The notes under the pieces: model-generated
What the model was told of the DNA's origin: nothing
The model's database searches: none
The model's input: the letters and a program-made list of their open reading frames with translations, nothing else
In this document: one piece after another, positions 36,601-47,045 of the stretch
Position numbering within the stretch: position 1 is the first letter of the stretch
How the letters are laid out: every line of letters begins with the position of its first letter
Position numbers and translations under genes: made by a program
Origin: Raillietiella orientalis
Taxonomy: Eukaryota
Length of the DNA: 64,000 nucleotides
Direction of reading: 5' to 3'
NCBI GenBank assembly: GCA_036172245.1
Contig: JAYWIR010000033.1
Span: 2,294,001 to 2,358,000 of the forward strand

Positions 36601-39600
36601 AAGTCTCTGGACCTTTCGAAAAACCTCAAGGAACCCTGAAGAGCCTACTTTTACCATAGTGGAATTGCAGTGGGCACCCGTTGACCATTTTCCTTCGAAA
36701 GTTCGACATGCTACTCTGTTACGTTCTACAAAGGAGACTCTACAAGAAGGTCTTCATGTCGATCTCCGATACCAATCTACGGCACCTCTCGTCATTCTGA
36801 TTATCTCAACATTTGGCACAGGGATGTCATTTAATAACGAGGTCTCCTCTGACCAAGTTATGGAAAAAGTGAACGACATTCGTTTTATCGTTTCATGCAG
36901 GCGGTTCCGCATCAAGAACATTTGGGGATGCTTAAAGTCCATTTTGCGCCGAAGGTGAGCTCTGCTCTGAAAGAGGCAATTAGACAGTCACCCTTTGAAT
37001 CTCTGGCTGCATGGTGAACACCGGATATCTTCCTGGAAGACGCATCAGAGGAAAAGCAGTAACAACGAGAGCAGGCACGGGAACCTTTTCTGGATTACCT
37101 TAAAAGAATTGGCGACGGTCGTAGCAAGGCTCACTTGGCTGACTCATGTTTGCTTCTGCACATCCCAGCAAATGAGAAATCATCGATCATGACAGTAAAC
37201 GTTAGCTGGGTATAAAAGTAGGAAATATTTGATGACAGTAGTACAATGTCAATAATGACATAAATGCAGCAGCCAATAAGAGCAACAAGCGATGCCTTGC
37301 ATGGTCATGCTGAGTGGTATAGACAGATTCCTCAAAACTGCGTCAAAAAGTGGCTAAATGAAGACTGGAATGACACGAGGGAACACACAAAAAGCCAACT
37401 TTGTGTTCTTCAAGCTGAAAGTTCTGGAAGCGATTTTTCAGAGCACGCACTTCGAGGTTTACCTTTAAAATAATCCATTTGGGGGACTAGTTTGACGGTG
37501 GCAACAGGTTTGTTGGATGAATCATGCTGAGAAAGGGCAGTTGATGAAGTTGGTGCCCAGCACAACATTCTCTTGGCTAGGAGGACAGCATGTAGCAAGA
37601 GGATCTTAGCTGCAGAAGACGCCAAGTTTGTGATCACCACTTTCGACTCTTCGTACATTCGGTGATACGAAGCGTCGCTGCACTCACTAAAGATGGCAAT
37701 AGAAGAGAGCTGGGAAATACTTTCCTGCAATAAGCTCATCCCTGGAGTGGATTTGCGCCGCCGTCTGGATCTGCTGCAGCGCAAGAGGAGAAGAATGGCC
37801 ATCCTGAACGTTGGTTGCTGCTTGGAGAGCATCTGTGAGGCAACTCAGCGGACGGGATGCTGGTTGTAGACTAAGACAAGCTAGACAACCTTCGTTCTGC
37901 TGAACTGTTTGTACTCCCAAAGGATGTGCCATGAGGGTACATTAGCGTGACGTGAAATGAGGGGTACGCATCCCCATAACACAGTGGCCTACGTTGAAAT
38001 CCTCTGAGGTTCATTCCCTTCCCCAAGATGGCAAATGGATTTTAATTGCAAGTCATTGAGATGCTCATATATTCTTATGGCTGGAACTGAACTAGTAGCT
38101 AAAGATCGGACAACGGACGGGAAATGATTTGTATATGGAAGGTGGAGGATGTAAAGACATGTGACTGAAAATGATGGCAAAGTAGTGTTATCAGAGAGCA
38201 GGTTCAGATGAACGTGAGTCCCGGTTGGTTTCCGGAAAACAGCAGCGTCTCATCTCGATGTATAGGATCGGATGCTGTGGAGAACCAGCAAATAAGTCGA
38301 TTCGAATGATGAGAGTATAGTTTTGATCAAGCAAGGCGACTGATTCCAAGAGTCACTTTGATGATGATTTGGCATCTCTTAGGCTGTAATAGAATTGGAA
38401 AACAAAATGCAACGCAGGGATCAATATGGATTAGTAGAATAGTGTCATAGGCACCGTGCACCAATTATGAGCTCGGAGCGCGCTGGTCTGTAGGGCTTCA
38501 TTGCCTCCGGGAAAACTGACGTTCTTGTGGCTTTGAACATGACCCCTTGAACTGTAAGTCTTTCTGATGCCGGATTAGCACGCAATGATGTGACATCGTG
38601 GATCCCAACATGCCCAATGCTGAACGGATACTTCAGAATGATTTTTATGTCCCGTTGTGCTCATTCTTACTGCGCAGTGCCCTAGGCTGTTGATGCGTTA
38701 GATGCCCAGCAGCAGAGAAACTTCAGCTCTGCAGTATCTGAAGGAACCCGTGGACGTGCCTTCACATTCAGGATCTTTGGATTGCCCAATCGATGCCTAT
38801 GATGCAGGGCAAACCGTGCGATAGGGAGCTCTCAGACCCATGTCAGGCATCTCTGCCTGGGTGACCATCCAGGTTCCTTTGATCAACTCAAGATATAACT
38901 CGTTTTTGATATGGATGTATTGGGTCTGGCTCTGACGTGGCCTTTGTCTCTAAGAGGGTCATAGTGAAACACAGTCTTTGGAACGGTAGGGAAACTGCGT
39001 CGAGCTAACCCCCCTTTGTGCCTGGAGATTAAGATGGCAATCCGAGATAAGGAATCAGAAAACTGAATCGAGAACAAGGGAAACATCTGCGAAGCAGATA
39101 ACTTGAGAGCTGTCAAGTAGTTTCGAAGGCTTCTCCGTCGATTCTGGGGAGATCTAGAGAGGATGGCTGAACTGGGGAAGATTCGTGGAATCGAGAGACT
39201 GAAAATTGGTGAAATAACTATTGAAGATGTGGATGAGACCCTCTCATTCACATCTTCAATGTGACTATGCGAACTTTGCAGAAGAGCAGAATATTGTGCG
39301 TGGAAACGAAATCATTGCTTTTCATTGAATCGCAAGTACAAGGACTACGCGTGGGATGCGATGGAGATTCTGGATTACGGGAAAAGAAAGAAATCTTCAA
39401 AAAAAAATGCAAAAACATTAAGTGGATGGATGCATTGCTATGAGTGCAGGTCGGGAACTTTCTTGGTGATGTAGAAATGGCTTTTCTCGAGGCTTCAACC
39501 GAGGACGTAGGTCATTTGACCACGAGCTTCCTGGCGTCATGACCTACAAGCCCTTTATAAGACCATTTTGGTGCTTTCCAGGAACTGTACACGTGGGACA

Positions 39601-39725
39601 AGGGCAATCAGCTCTCGTACCCTATCAAGTATTCCTCATTGGGCTACGAGACGCAGAGGAGCGAAGAAAATTCGAACGCCGAAACGTTCCAGGAATCCGA
39701 AGAGAGTTTCCAGTTCCCTCTGTGA
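3290..39725 (+). CDS. Colmedin/gliomedin-like transmembrane collagen-Ig-olfactomedin protein (12 exons, 854 aa)
   Basis: Exons 3290-3649, 12526-12730, 18307-18459, 20350-20403, 23995-24279, 30909-31037, 31100-31243, 31339-31488, 34867-35106, 35200-35420, 35581-36060, 39582-39725. All introns are GT-AG, phases match, total 2565 nt ending in TGA. Domains: N-terminal [26 protein letters not shown] motif (cf. gliomedin TYSMVP..DLCNSTKGIC), Gly-X-Y repeats, two Ig domains, olfactomedin ([42 protein letters not shown]). The start ATG is the best guess because the frame is open further upstream. Confidence 0.92.
3527..3547 (+). repeat. (CAG)7 coding microsatellite (poly-Q)
   Basis: Seven perfect CAG in colmedin exon 1. 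Confidence 0.95.
6638..8208 (-). mobile_element. piggyBac (PGBD4-like) transposon remnant, copy 1
   Basis: Terminus CCTGTTAGGCGAGTC at 6638. Minus-strand fragments [27 protein letters not shown] and [35 protein letters not shown] match piggyBac DDD transposase motifs; frameshifted. Confidence 0.85.
8210..10251 (+). mobile_element. Highly decayed non-LTR retrotransposon (R2/NeSL-like RT region), 5'-truncated, poly(A) end
   Basis: Collinear RT-like fragments across frames: [24 protein letters not shown] (LAYADD position), [34 protein letters not shown]16 at 10236-10251. Confidence 0.5.
12526..12730 (+). CDS. Colmedin exon 2: Cys motif and start of collagen domain
   Basis: ttccag|[27 protein letters not shown]...GYP|gtaaaa. 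Confidence 0.92.
14950..15650 (-). mobile_element. Possible decayed pogo/Tigger-type DDE transposase fragment
   Basis: [12 protein letters not shown] (cf. FLPPNTTSxxQP) and ARISDCFQK (cf. TIxNCFxK) in the 14883-15464 ORF; weak. Confidence 0.3.
18307..18459 (+). CDS. Colmedin exon 3: collagen (153 nt)
   Basis: tcctag|[51 protein letters not shown]|gtattc; this frame is not shown in the ORF track. Confidence 0.92.
19870..20128. repeat. Tandem repeat, ~155-bp period, built from GCATTGTTG sub-units
   Basis: gcattgttgttgcctgtt...tgttgctttaagaaatttctcctccggatgcattgttgcaa..ggaacactct at 19870 and again at 20025. Confidence 0.85.
20350..20403 (+). CDS. Colmedin exon 4: 54-nt collagen exon
   Basis: attcag|[18 protein letters not shown]|gtaaat, phase 1-1. 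Confidence 0.9.
23995..24279 (+). CDS. Colmedin exon 5: end of collagen, first half of Ig1
   Basis: tttcag|[13 protein letters not shown]...[26 protein letters not shown]...WH|gtgagt. Confidence 0.92.
25070..25690. pseudogene. NUMT mosaic: nad5-like (-), rrnL/16S (+) and nad4L-like (-) fragments
   Basis: Strong strand skew that flips twice. 25408-25516 matches the mt-16S conserved block (aaggaatttggcaaa...tgttt...ctgctcggtg...ttaaacagctgcggtattttgacc). Flanks in the invertebrate mt code give LFGSWFM and GMWMEY (nad5-like), EHLMV.ISL and IFSCEAV (nad4L-like). Confidence 0.75.
25349..25516 (+). rRNA. rrnL: Mitochondrial 16S rRNA fragment (non-functional, part of NUMT)
   Basis: Conserved AAGGAA.T.GGCAAA, CTGC.C..TG and TAAA..GC.GCGGTATTTTGAC motifs in the expected order and spacing. 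Confidence 0.75.
25942..27323 (+). mobile_element. piggyBac remnant, copy 2 (internally deleted, both termini present)
   Basis: Left end ttga|CCTGTTAAGCGAGT; right end GACTCGCCCACCAAG|tcaa (degenerate TIR and TTAA-like flanks). 26325-27315 is the near-identical reverse complement of 6646-7636. Confidence 0.85.
30715..30855. repeat. Degenerate (GAY)n/(GAG)n trinucleotide low-complexity tract
   Basis: gacgatgatgacgatgacgattacgat...gaggaggaggag just upstream of the exon 6 acceptor. Confidence 0.85.
30909..31037 (+). CDS. Colmedin exon 6: second half of Ig1
   Basis: ggtcag|...[24 protein letters not shown]...VEVH|gtgagt. Confidence 0.88.
31100..31243 (+). CDS. Colmedin exon 7: first half of Ig2
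   Basis: tttcag|[37 protein letters not shown]...ENG|gtgagc. Confidence 0.9.
31339..31488 (+). CDS. Colmedin exon 8: second half of Ig2
   Basis: ttgcag|TKYQILQRD...[24 protein letters not shown]|gtgaga. Confidence 0.9.
33488..34023. repeat. Degenerate (GATA/AGAT)n simple repeat
   Basis: Purine-rich tract with recurring gatagatataga motifs. Confidence 0.8.
34867..35106 (+). CDS. Colmedin exon 9: Cys-rich linker
   Basis: ttccag|EIDSNFG...[19 protein letters not shown]...PRTV|gtgagg. Confidence 0.85.
35200..35420 (+). CDS. Colmedin exon 10: olfactomedin N-part
   Basis: cgccag|[14 protein letters not shown]...FGSWMQDP...HPFQ|gtgagt. Confidence 0.9.
35581..36060 (+). CDS. Colmedin exon 11: olfactomedin core
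   Basis: ttccag|[14 protein letters not shown]...[10 protein letters not shown]...CGVLYAVDS...YNHRKK|gtaacc. Confidence 0.93.
37400..39250 (-). mobile_element. Possible ancient LINE RT remnant in colmedin intron 11
   Basis: Faint collinear fragments only ([32 protein letters not shown]); many stops. Confidence 0.25.
39582..39725 (+). CDS. Colmedin exon 12: olfactomedin end and acidic tail
   Basis: ttccag|[17 protein letters not shown]...FQFPL*; LYxWDxG is the terminal olfactomedin motif. Confidence 0.9.
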   Translation, partial: ELYTWDKGNQLSYPIKYSSLGYETQRSEENSNAETFQESEESFQFPL

Positions 39726-39828
39726 ATGAAAGAGCTTCCTCCAGGAAGTACGGAAGGGATGCATCCATCCGGTATTTTTGGAGATATCTTTTTTTTTTCG
39801 AAAGGTCCTCTGGCATTCTGGAGTGGGA

Positions 39829-39834
39829 AATAAA
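39829..39834 (+). promoter_or_regulatory. Candidate polyadenylation signal of the colmedin gene
   Basis: AATAAA about 100 nt after the stop codon. Confidence 0.45.
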
Positions 39835-42651
39835 TATGCTAGAGGAGAAAACTGTTGATGTGGCCGACCACTCCCGGATAGGAGTTTTTCCAGTGTCACC
39901 ACTTCAAACGCTATTGTTAGAGGCCATCAACTGCGACCTCGAAGGCAGATCAGGACCCCACAACGCAAGTCGTGGGACTGCTCTCGGGTGCTCGCAAGGG
40001 AGCCATCTCTTCAGATCCACCCCACAGTCGCAGCATCTCTGAGTGGGGTCTTCTCATTGATCCGTTTCAGTACGCTGCTCCTCCTTCCTGAGGTCTTTCT
40101 CTCTGGTATATCCTTCTATTCTGCAGCTCATTAGGTTTCCTTTTCTCCCACAGAACATCTGACACGTAACAGCATGCTTTTGTTTCTTTGGCGACGGTTG
40201 ACAACAGAGCAGGAACCATCACTCTTCATACCTCTGAATCTTCCAATTTCTTTGACCTAATCCAAAAGCGAGATTTCACATCTCAGTCATTTCCAAAGAT
40301 TCCTTCCACTGATTCCCAAGCCTCCACCAATCCGAGCGCCTTTGGGAGTTTTTTTTTATTTTCAGTTCGAGTCTCACTTGCCAGATTTGAATCTCTTAGA
40401 GTGGTCTCAATTTCCAATCATCACTCCAGGGACTTGGGATCGAATAGACCAAGCTCGGAGGCTGTTCGCCTGACATCCTCTTTCATCAGACATCCAGGAT
40501 ATCTTTGGAGTATTTTCTATTGCTACCACCAAGATCGGTGCTGCTGAGCCTTCAGGTAGATCCCTTCTGAGCGCACCGTCGCTGTCCTCCTACTCGCTGG
40601 AACCCACTGTCCTTCATCGACGGAACGCTGGAAGGCAGGGACAGCTCTTTTCCGGCAGATGATGGGTTTGAATCTTGAGTGCCTTTCATCTCCAGAGTCT
40701 GCTGCTTTGGCAGACCTCTCTTTGCGCACTATTCTGTGGTTGCCTTTGCTCTGAGCACTGTGTTAGTCGCCATGCCAAAACAACACCAACCCGGGATCCT
40801 ATGTGGACCCCATCAGATACTCCATAACCTAATGTTTGTGTCTCCCACAGAGCCATTGGATGCAACCTGCATCCTTCCACGCGATTGCGTGTCGAAGGGT
40901 GCAAGTCAGAGCAAGGCATATGTGACTCGCCCTGCTAACGGACATGTAAGATGCCAGGAGCATAGTTGCAGCGTAACACAGAAAGCTTGCAACGTGCTCG
41001 TCGGCATAGCTTCGCAGCTCTTACAGTTATGAGTGAACACCCACACGTGACTTTAAGAGCTACTAACGGCATGATTATAAACCTGACGTAGGATCTCGAG
41101 GATGAAGGAGCAGTCCCATGCCGTGGGTGACTCTCAACGAAAAGGTGGCTCGTGGTGGAGCAGCAGAGATTCTCATGACGCTTATCGTGCTTTGGCAGTG
41201 GATAGGAGGAAAAGAAAGACGATTGGCGTGGTCGAAATTGAGGAGCATTCCTGCATAATGCTGATGCTTCCATTTTAAACACAAAGATACGACCCCATTA
41301 TGTAAATGTGTGTGCTGGATACGAATGTGTCTGAACCTACAAATTATGGTGACCTATTTTCCAAACCCTCTATTAGTTCTTCGTGCTCCTGTTTGTCTCC
41401 GAATTCTCATAGGGTTACTATTTTGGCGAGTTTTTCCACTTTCATTTCGAAAAATTCAGAAGAAAGGACACGTTTGAACGATGCAAGATGCTGTGATCAT
41501 CCGATTCTGATGCTGTCTGGTTTCATTTGACTCCTGAAAATGATCTTCGATTAAATGGTACTCAGCCAAATGTGAAGATTACATCGTGCAAATGCACTAT
41601 GCGAGCTTCTTAACCACTTCTGTGATTAATTTCATAATAGTATGATGTTCTTTTGTTTGCAGTGGAAAAGCCATTTCCCCATGCGTTTCAGAAAGCAAAA
41701 GTGATTTTGTCATTTGAATAAACGACTATGTTGTTTCTGATGACTTTTTGCATCCCCGTGCAGGAATTCATTCACATTTCAGTCCACATGTTTGCTAATC
41801 AGGGAAAAACGGTCATCATTAAGTGATAAATGTCCTTCAGCACTCATTCGTACTTTTGCTTTCTGCCGTACCATTTTGAAACGATGGAATACACTTTACT
41901 GAACGATCTCTCACAACTTTTCCCGAAAATGGAACCACGAGTTTTTTGTGGATGCCGGTGCTATCTGAAGAAATGGCTTCTTTTAGGATCGGTTCTAAGC
42001 AGAACTTGTGCTCACTGAAGACTGACCTGTGGAATTTGGTTTCCATCGGTTCATCAGTTTCAGAAACAAGGAGACTTCGGAATCGTTCATCTCCTTGGTT
42101 AAGGTAGTAAAAGGGCAATGCCTGAGCTGATTAAGAAAACAGAAAGATGCAAGCAAAAACCTCTTTGGTCCTGTTCCGTTTTGTCTGCCGAGACCAAGCT
42201 TCAGAGACTCTATTCGTCCTGCTGAGCGTTCAGCCCTTTCCCAAGCAGATCATCATCCAAAAGCTACTCCGGTCTTGTTTCTTCGAAGCTTCGTTCTTCC
42301 ATCAGCACTGGATGGCATGTCTCTTCCGTTTTGGAAGTGGACACCCGAATGTGCTTCTATGTGCATTGGGACAGGTCTGTTTGACCCCCACAAGCGTTTG
42401 GGAGGCATACATTCGATCCTAGAGGCATTTTTCAGGAAGAAGATGCAATGATACCTCTGCAAAATCGGCTCTTATGAAAAGGCATCTTTCATATCTGCAA
42501 TGGTGGACTGGAATCATCGTCCATGTCCTGTATCTCATATCCCATCCAAGCCTCGATAATGCGTGAACACAATGAAAGAAACCCACTTTGTCAGAAGATC
42601 AACAAAGATACACGTTATTGATCTTCTGAAAAAAAAAAAAAGATACACTTT

Positions 42652-43547
42652 GCCCGCGTCGGAGGCCTTGTGGTTAAGGCTTCCGCGCGTGGCTCCGTGC
42701 GTCGCGGGTTCGAATACTCCGGCAGAAACTGACGCCGAGTTCCGAGTTCCTCCTGCAAGATGGCGCTAGTTGTCCGAGACATTCGGGCGTGGCACCGGCG
42801 GTAAATTAAGCCGGAGGCCCCCGATGAATGCCGGAACAATGGGAGTCGACCTTCGGGTCATTCCAGGAGTAAAAGGAGTGGGGAGTTCCCCATCACAGGG
42901 GGACTCCTCCGGTTTCAAGATGGATCGGGAGCCCTCACGGGCACCTCTCCAGCTGTTCGAAGGAGCGGACATCCCTCTGTTGCGGGGGGGCCCCTCCGAG
43001 TCGTCGCCTCTTTACAGAGTATGCACAAGGAAGCAAGCGAGAGAGATTCCCTGCGGAAGCTGCAGCGCCCCTTCTGAGTTTCGGAAGCGTCCCTTTGGGG
43101 TTCTCTTCAGAGGAGTGAACAGGAGCGGTTCCCTTGCGGGTTCTCTTACGGAGAAGAAATTCCTGCTAGCGGATCCTTTCCGGGTTCCCTTCGGAGAAGT
43201 TGAAATGGAGAGGACCACCCCCCTCCCAGGGAGTGTCCCTCCGGAGAGAATGAGGAAGGGGACTCCCTTCGGGGTTCCCCTTCGGAGACAACCAGGGTGG
43301 GAGGTGCGATCCCCCCGTCCGGGGGGGATCCCTCCCCAAGCGTGAAAGGAACGGACCGCGAGCCCTTCCTGGATTAATAGGACGGACCCCCATCCCGGGG
43401 TGCCCCCTATCCTGAAGAATTACACGCCCCCCTGTGGGCTGCCGCGGGCGGAGGGGCGTGGAAACAAAACAGTGTGTTTAATGTTTAAAAAAAAAGAGCC
43501 ACTTGCGCCGCGAGGCACGCGACCGGCTCTGAGGTACTTGACGAACC
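42652..43547 (+). mobile_element. tRNA-headed SINE-like element with 14-bp target-site duplication
   Basis: Direct repeat AAAAGATACACTTT at 42638-42651 and 43548-43561. Head has a D-arm-like GCCTTGTGGTTAAGGC and B-box GGTTCGAAT (42707-42715). Second copy at 1-535. Confidence 0.85.
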
Positions 43548-46500
43548 AAAAGATACACTTTCAGGGCTATGATTTGCAGTTGGTACTACATGTAAGCAAT
43601 AAGAGATCAGATCAGAATCAGACATGAACTAGAAAGCCCTGAGGCGTTGGAAAGGAAAGGCTGGATCACGGCGCAGGATCTCCTCCAGCCTTCATAGTGT
43701 AGTGTTGCAGAGAGGAGGACCTCTGCGTCATTAGATCATGTCACTATGGGACTCTCAGTGGTCCATGAGAGTGTTCCTGGATCATGGAGGCGCAAAGCAG
43801 GCCGGAAGGATCCTTGACGGCGGTGCCGCAAGCGGCTCCTCGATGGCGGTGGACGACTCCAGGTTCGTCTGACAGCGCTCTAGTCTGCGACTGAGCTGGA
43901 GTTGGAGCTGCTTCCCCCGAAGACTCGTTTCCCGGAGCTTCCTCCTCTTCCTTCTTATTCTCTTTCATCGTCATCGTCATCATGCACTCTGAGATCTCAG
44001 TGTATCTGTTCCCTTCCTTCTTCCTTCGTAAGCCAGGAGGATACGAGGAGTCTTTCTGGATGCATCTTGCCTCTGGACGGAAGGCTAATAGATTCGTTCC
44101 ATCTCTGATGGAGCGGTCCCACCAGCCGCTTCCGGGGTGCCTCCGGCTAGTCTGCAAGTTTTCTGAGATCGAAGCGATGTGCACCTCTACCTTCCCCGAC
44201 AGGAACTTCTCCGGGTAGGAGACCGTCGCCGCTGCCAGGATCTCAAGTTTGCGTATACCCGGGAAGCCCCTGCTTGAGTCCTTCCAACGAGAAAACTTTC
44301 ACCCTCCTCGCAAAAAGAGAGGCTCCCTTCCGCTTTTCGTAAGGGCATCTGTCCCCCAAACCGGAGGCACCAGCGCCTCCTTCTCCCCGGACTCAGTCAG
44401 TGTGGTCTCACGATGTATACATGCCTGCAGTGCTGCCGGAAGTGCATCATCCTTCTAGTCATCTGCAGGCTGCAGAATCAACTTGACAACTGAGGTTCAA
44501 GAAGTCTCTTTTAGATCCAATGAACCCGCACCGGACCATACACAATCCTTCGCAATGAGTGCGCCTTGTTTTCGGGAAGGGATGATGGCTCCAGCATCCA
44601 GCATACGCGATCAAAGAAACAAAGATCAAACCACATGACCAGTTCGTTGCTCGTGTTTGAGCTTCTTGCAGTTTTGCTGTATTCGTCTCATAGAAATATG
44701 AAAGTACTAAGAAAAGAAAAAAAAGTGCTGCCTGTGAGTGTTTTGGCGCCACGAAGCGCCGCGCTTATCAACGGAACTAACCGTTGCCGGACGAGTTACG
44801 TAGAAGGACCTACACTGATAGAGGTTCCGAGCAAACAGCACCCCGGAGTAGACCTGAAAGATGCCACTCTATGCCTAAGAAGGAAGAGGGCAAGCGCCGT
44901 GATATGCTCAGTAAACTCCTCTATCTGGAGTCCGGGTTCTCTTCGATACTTCTCTTCTCCTCTCTTGCGTAGGCGCACTGTCCACTCGAGAGACTCGAGT
45001 CCCCATTAAAGACAGAGGCACTTCTTGCCCCAGTGCTGCCCTTTCTCGAAAACGCTAGGGACAGCGACCTCCCAGAGAGATGGGAAGTGTCCAAGACAGG
45101 AAAAAATTTTTAAGCTCGTGGACAACTCGGCATCAAGCGGACGCTGCGACTTCGAGTGTCCCACCAAAAGGACTCCTTCGCTGAGGCGAGCTGCTTGCGA
45201 TACCTCCGGAGGAGATGAAGTGTCCCCCAGCGTGTTGGGGCAGTGACATCCTCACCCTCAAGTGGCAAGGGGTGGTGTTGCTGTTGTTGCATTGGGGAAC
45301 TCCATGGGGGGCACGCCTCCATCATTGGACACTTGGGAGTGTGGATACCAATTGCTTTTTGATTTTGTATTTAGGTATGAAGTTTTAATAAGTTATTGTT
45401 TGCAAAATAGAATTAGGTACTTTAGTGGAAGTTTGCGGAGAGAAGGAGGCCTTCCCGTACTTATACTTAGACTGTATCGCCCTCCGAGTCCTTTGGTGTC
45501 TACTCTCGTTGATCCTTAATAATGCTCGTAGACGGCCCTAAAAACATTTTCCGGCTCCTCTTCATGCATGGTTCCCTGCCGCCAGACGCATCCCTATCCG
45601 TTTTCTGTTGGATGCACGAAACCGTGTCAACCTGGAACTCAAGAGGTCAAAATAGCAGGGATGCCATCCGCTGGGAGAGAATCTTCTTGAAGACTGCTTC
45701 CCGAAGTACTGACATCTCTTATTCTTCGGGAATACTTCGGGCGCAGGGTTTCTTAAAGTTCACTGGAAGAGGAAGCAGAAATTCTCTTGTTCAAGAAACC
45801 TTGTGAAACTTAATGATCTCCAATGCAACTTCCATCATTCTATGGATGGAAGAAGAACAGAGATCGAGGCCGGATGAGAAGTCCTGACGTACGTCATCTC
45901 GTCAAGATGGCAATCGATACATTTTTATCCTAATTTTGTTTTTTGCTTTGTTTTTCTAATGCATTCTCTGGAACCAAAATTGAGTTTTTTTTTTTGGACT
46001 GATTCTCCAGAGATCATATGGGTTCGTGATAAGGGGAAGGACAGGCGTACTGCCACTTGAACGCGAAATATGGAAGCAAAAAAAAAAAAAAACTTCATTG
46101 ACACTATAAACGTGATAGATCTCGGCGAATTCTCCTGCCTAGGAGAAATTGCATCACGCACGCAGCCCTGCATGAGAACGGTAACTTGGCTCGCTGCTGC
46201 CCTAAAGCACACGTGGTAGTCACCTCGGGCGCTCGAGGACTCTCTCTTACGCGTGGTTCTGTTTTCGTGGGAGAAGTTCTGTCTCGGAACTGCCGCAGTG
46301 ATCGCTGAGCTCAGTCATTGAGTTCATCGGTAATTCACGACAGCACAGACATCACCATCTGGAGGCAGTCCGGTCGGCTGCGAGACTCGCGGTGAGGAGG
46401 AGAAAACCAGCACCTTTGGACGCGGTCCATCCCGTGAAATGCGCTTGCGAATCAAGCCTATGCTCCTGTGTCTGGGACCAGGACCCCGAGCTCATTGCCT

Positions 46501-46763
46501 GAATTAGTGGTTCCCTTGTGTTTTCCGGTCAATTGAAATCTGTGGGAGATGTAGCTGTCTGATCTTCGATTTTCACAGCTGGTTAGCATTTCCGATGCTT
46601 CAGGGATCATGCTGCAGGAGCGAAAGTAAGAACTTGGGTTTGATCTTGGAGTGCAACTTTCTGTTCGAACCTGCAAGAACTCCATTTGCATACTCTGTGT
46701 GTCAATCTTTTTTTCAAGATTATGCACCACTGTTAAGAACGGTCTTCACGTCCCCATTTATAC

Positions 46764-47045
46764 ATTGTTAGGAACGGTCTATTTATATATTCTCATGTAT
46801 ATATAAATAGACTGTTCATTGTTAGATAGAATATTGTTAGGGATGGACTATTTATACATCCTCCTGGATGCATGAAGGGTGGCAGATTCGTTTCACGTCC
46901 CCGTCTAGACTCATTTATTGTTAGGAACGGTCTATTTATATATTCTCATGTATATATAAATAGATGGTTCATTGTTAGATAGAATATTGTTAGGGATGGA
47001 CTATTTATACATCCTCCTGGATGCGTGAAGTGTGGCAGATTCGTT
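46764..47045. repeat. Tandem duplication, 153-bp period, each unit with an AT-rich hairpin
   Basis: attgttaggaacggtctatttatatattctcatgtatatataaataga...gcagattcgtt at 46764 and 46917. Confidence 0.9.

Noticed and set aside
42652..42725. tRNA gene
   Set aside because: The T-stem and acceptor 3' strand do not close, and it is the head of a TSD-flanked repeat, so it is treated as a SINE head
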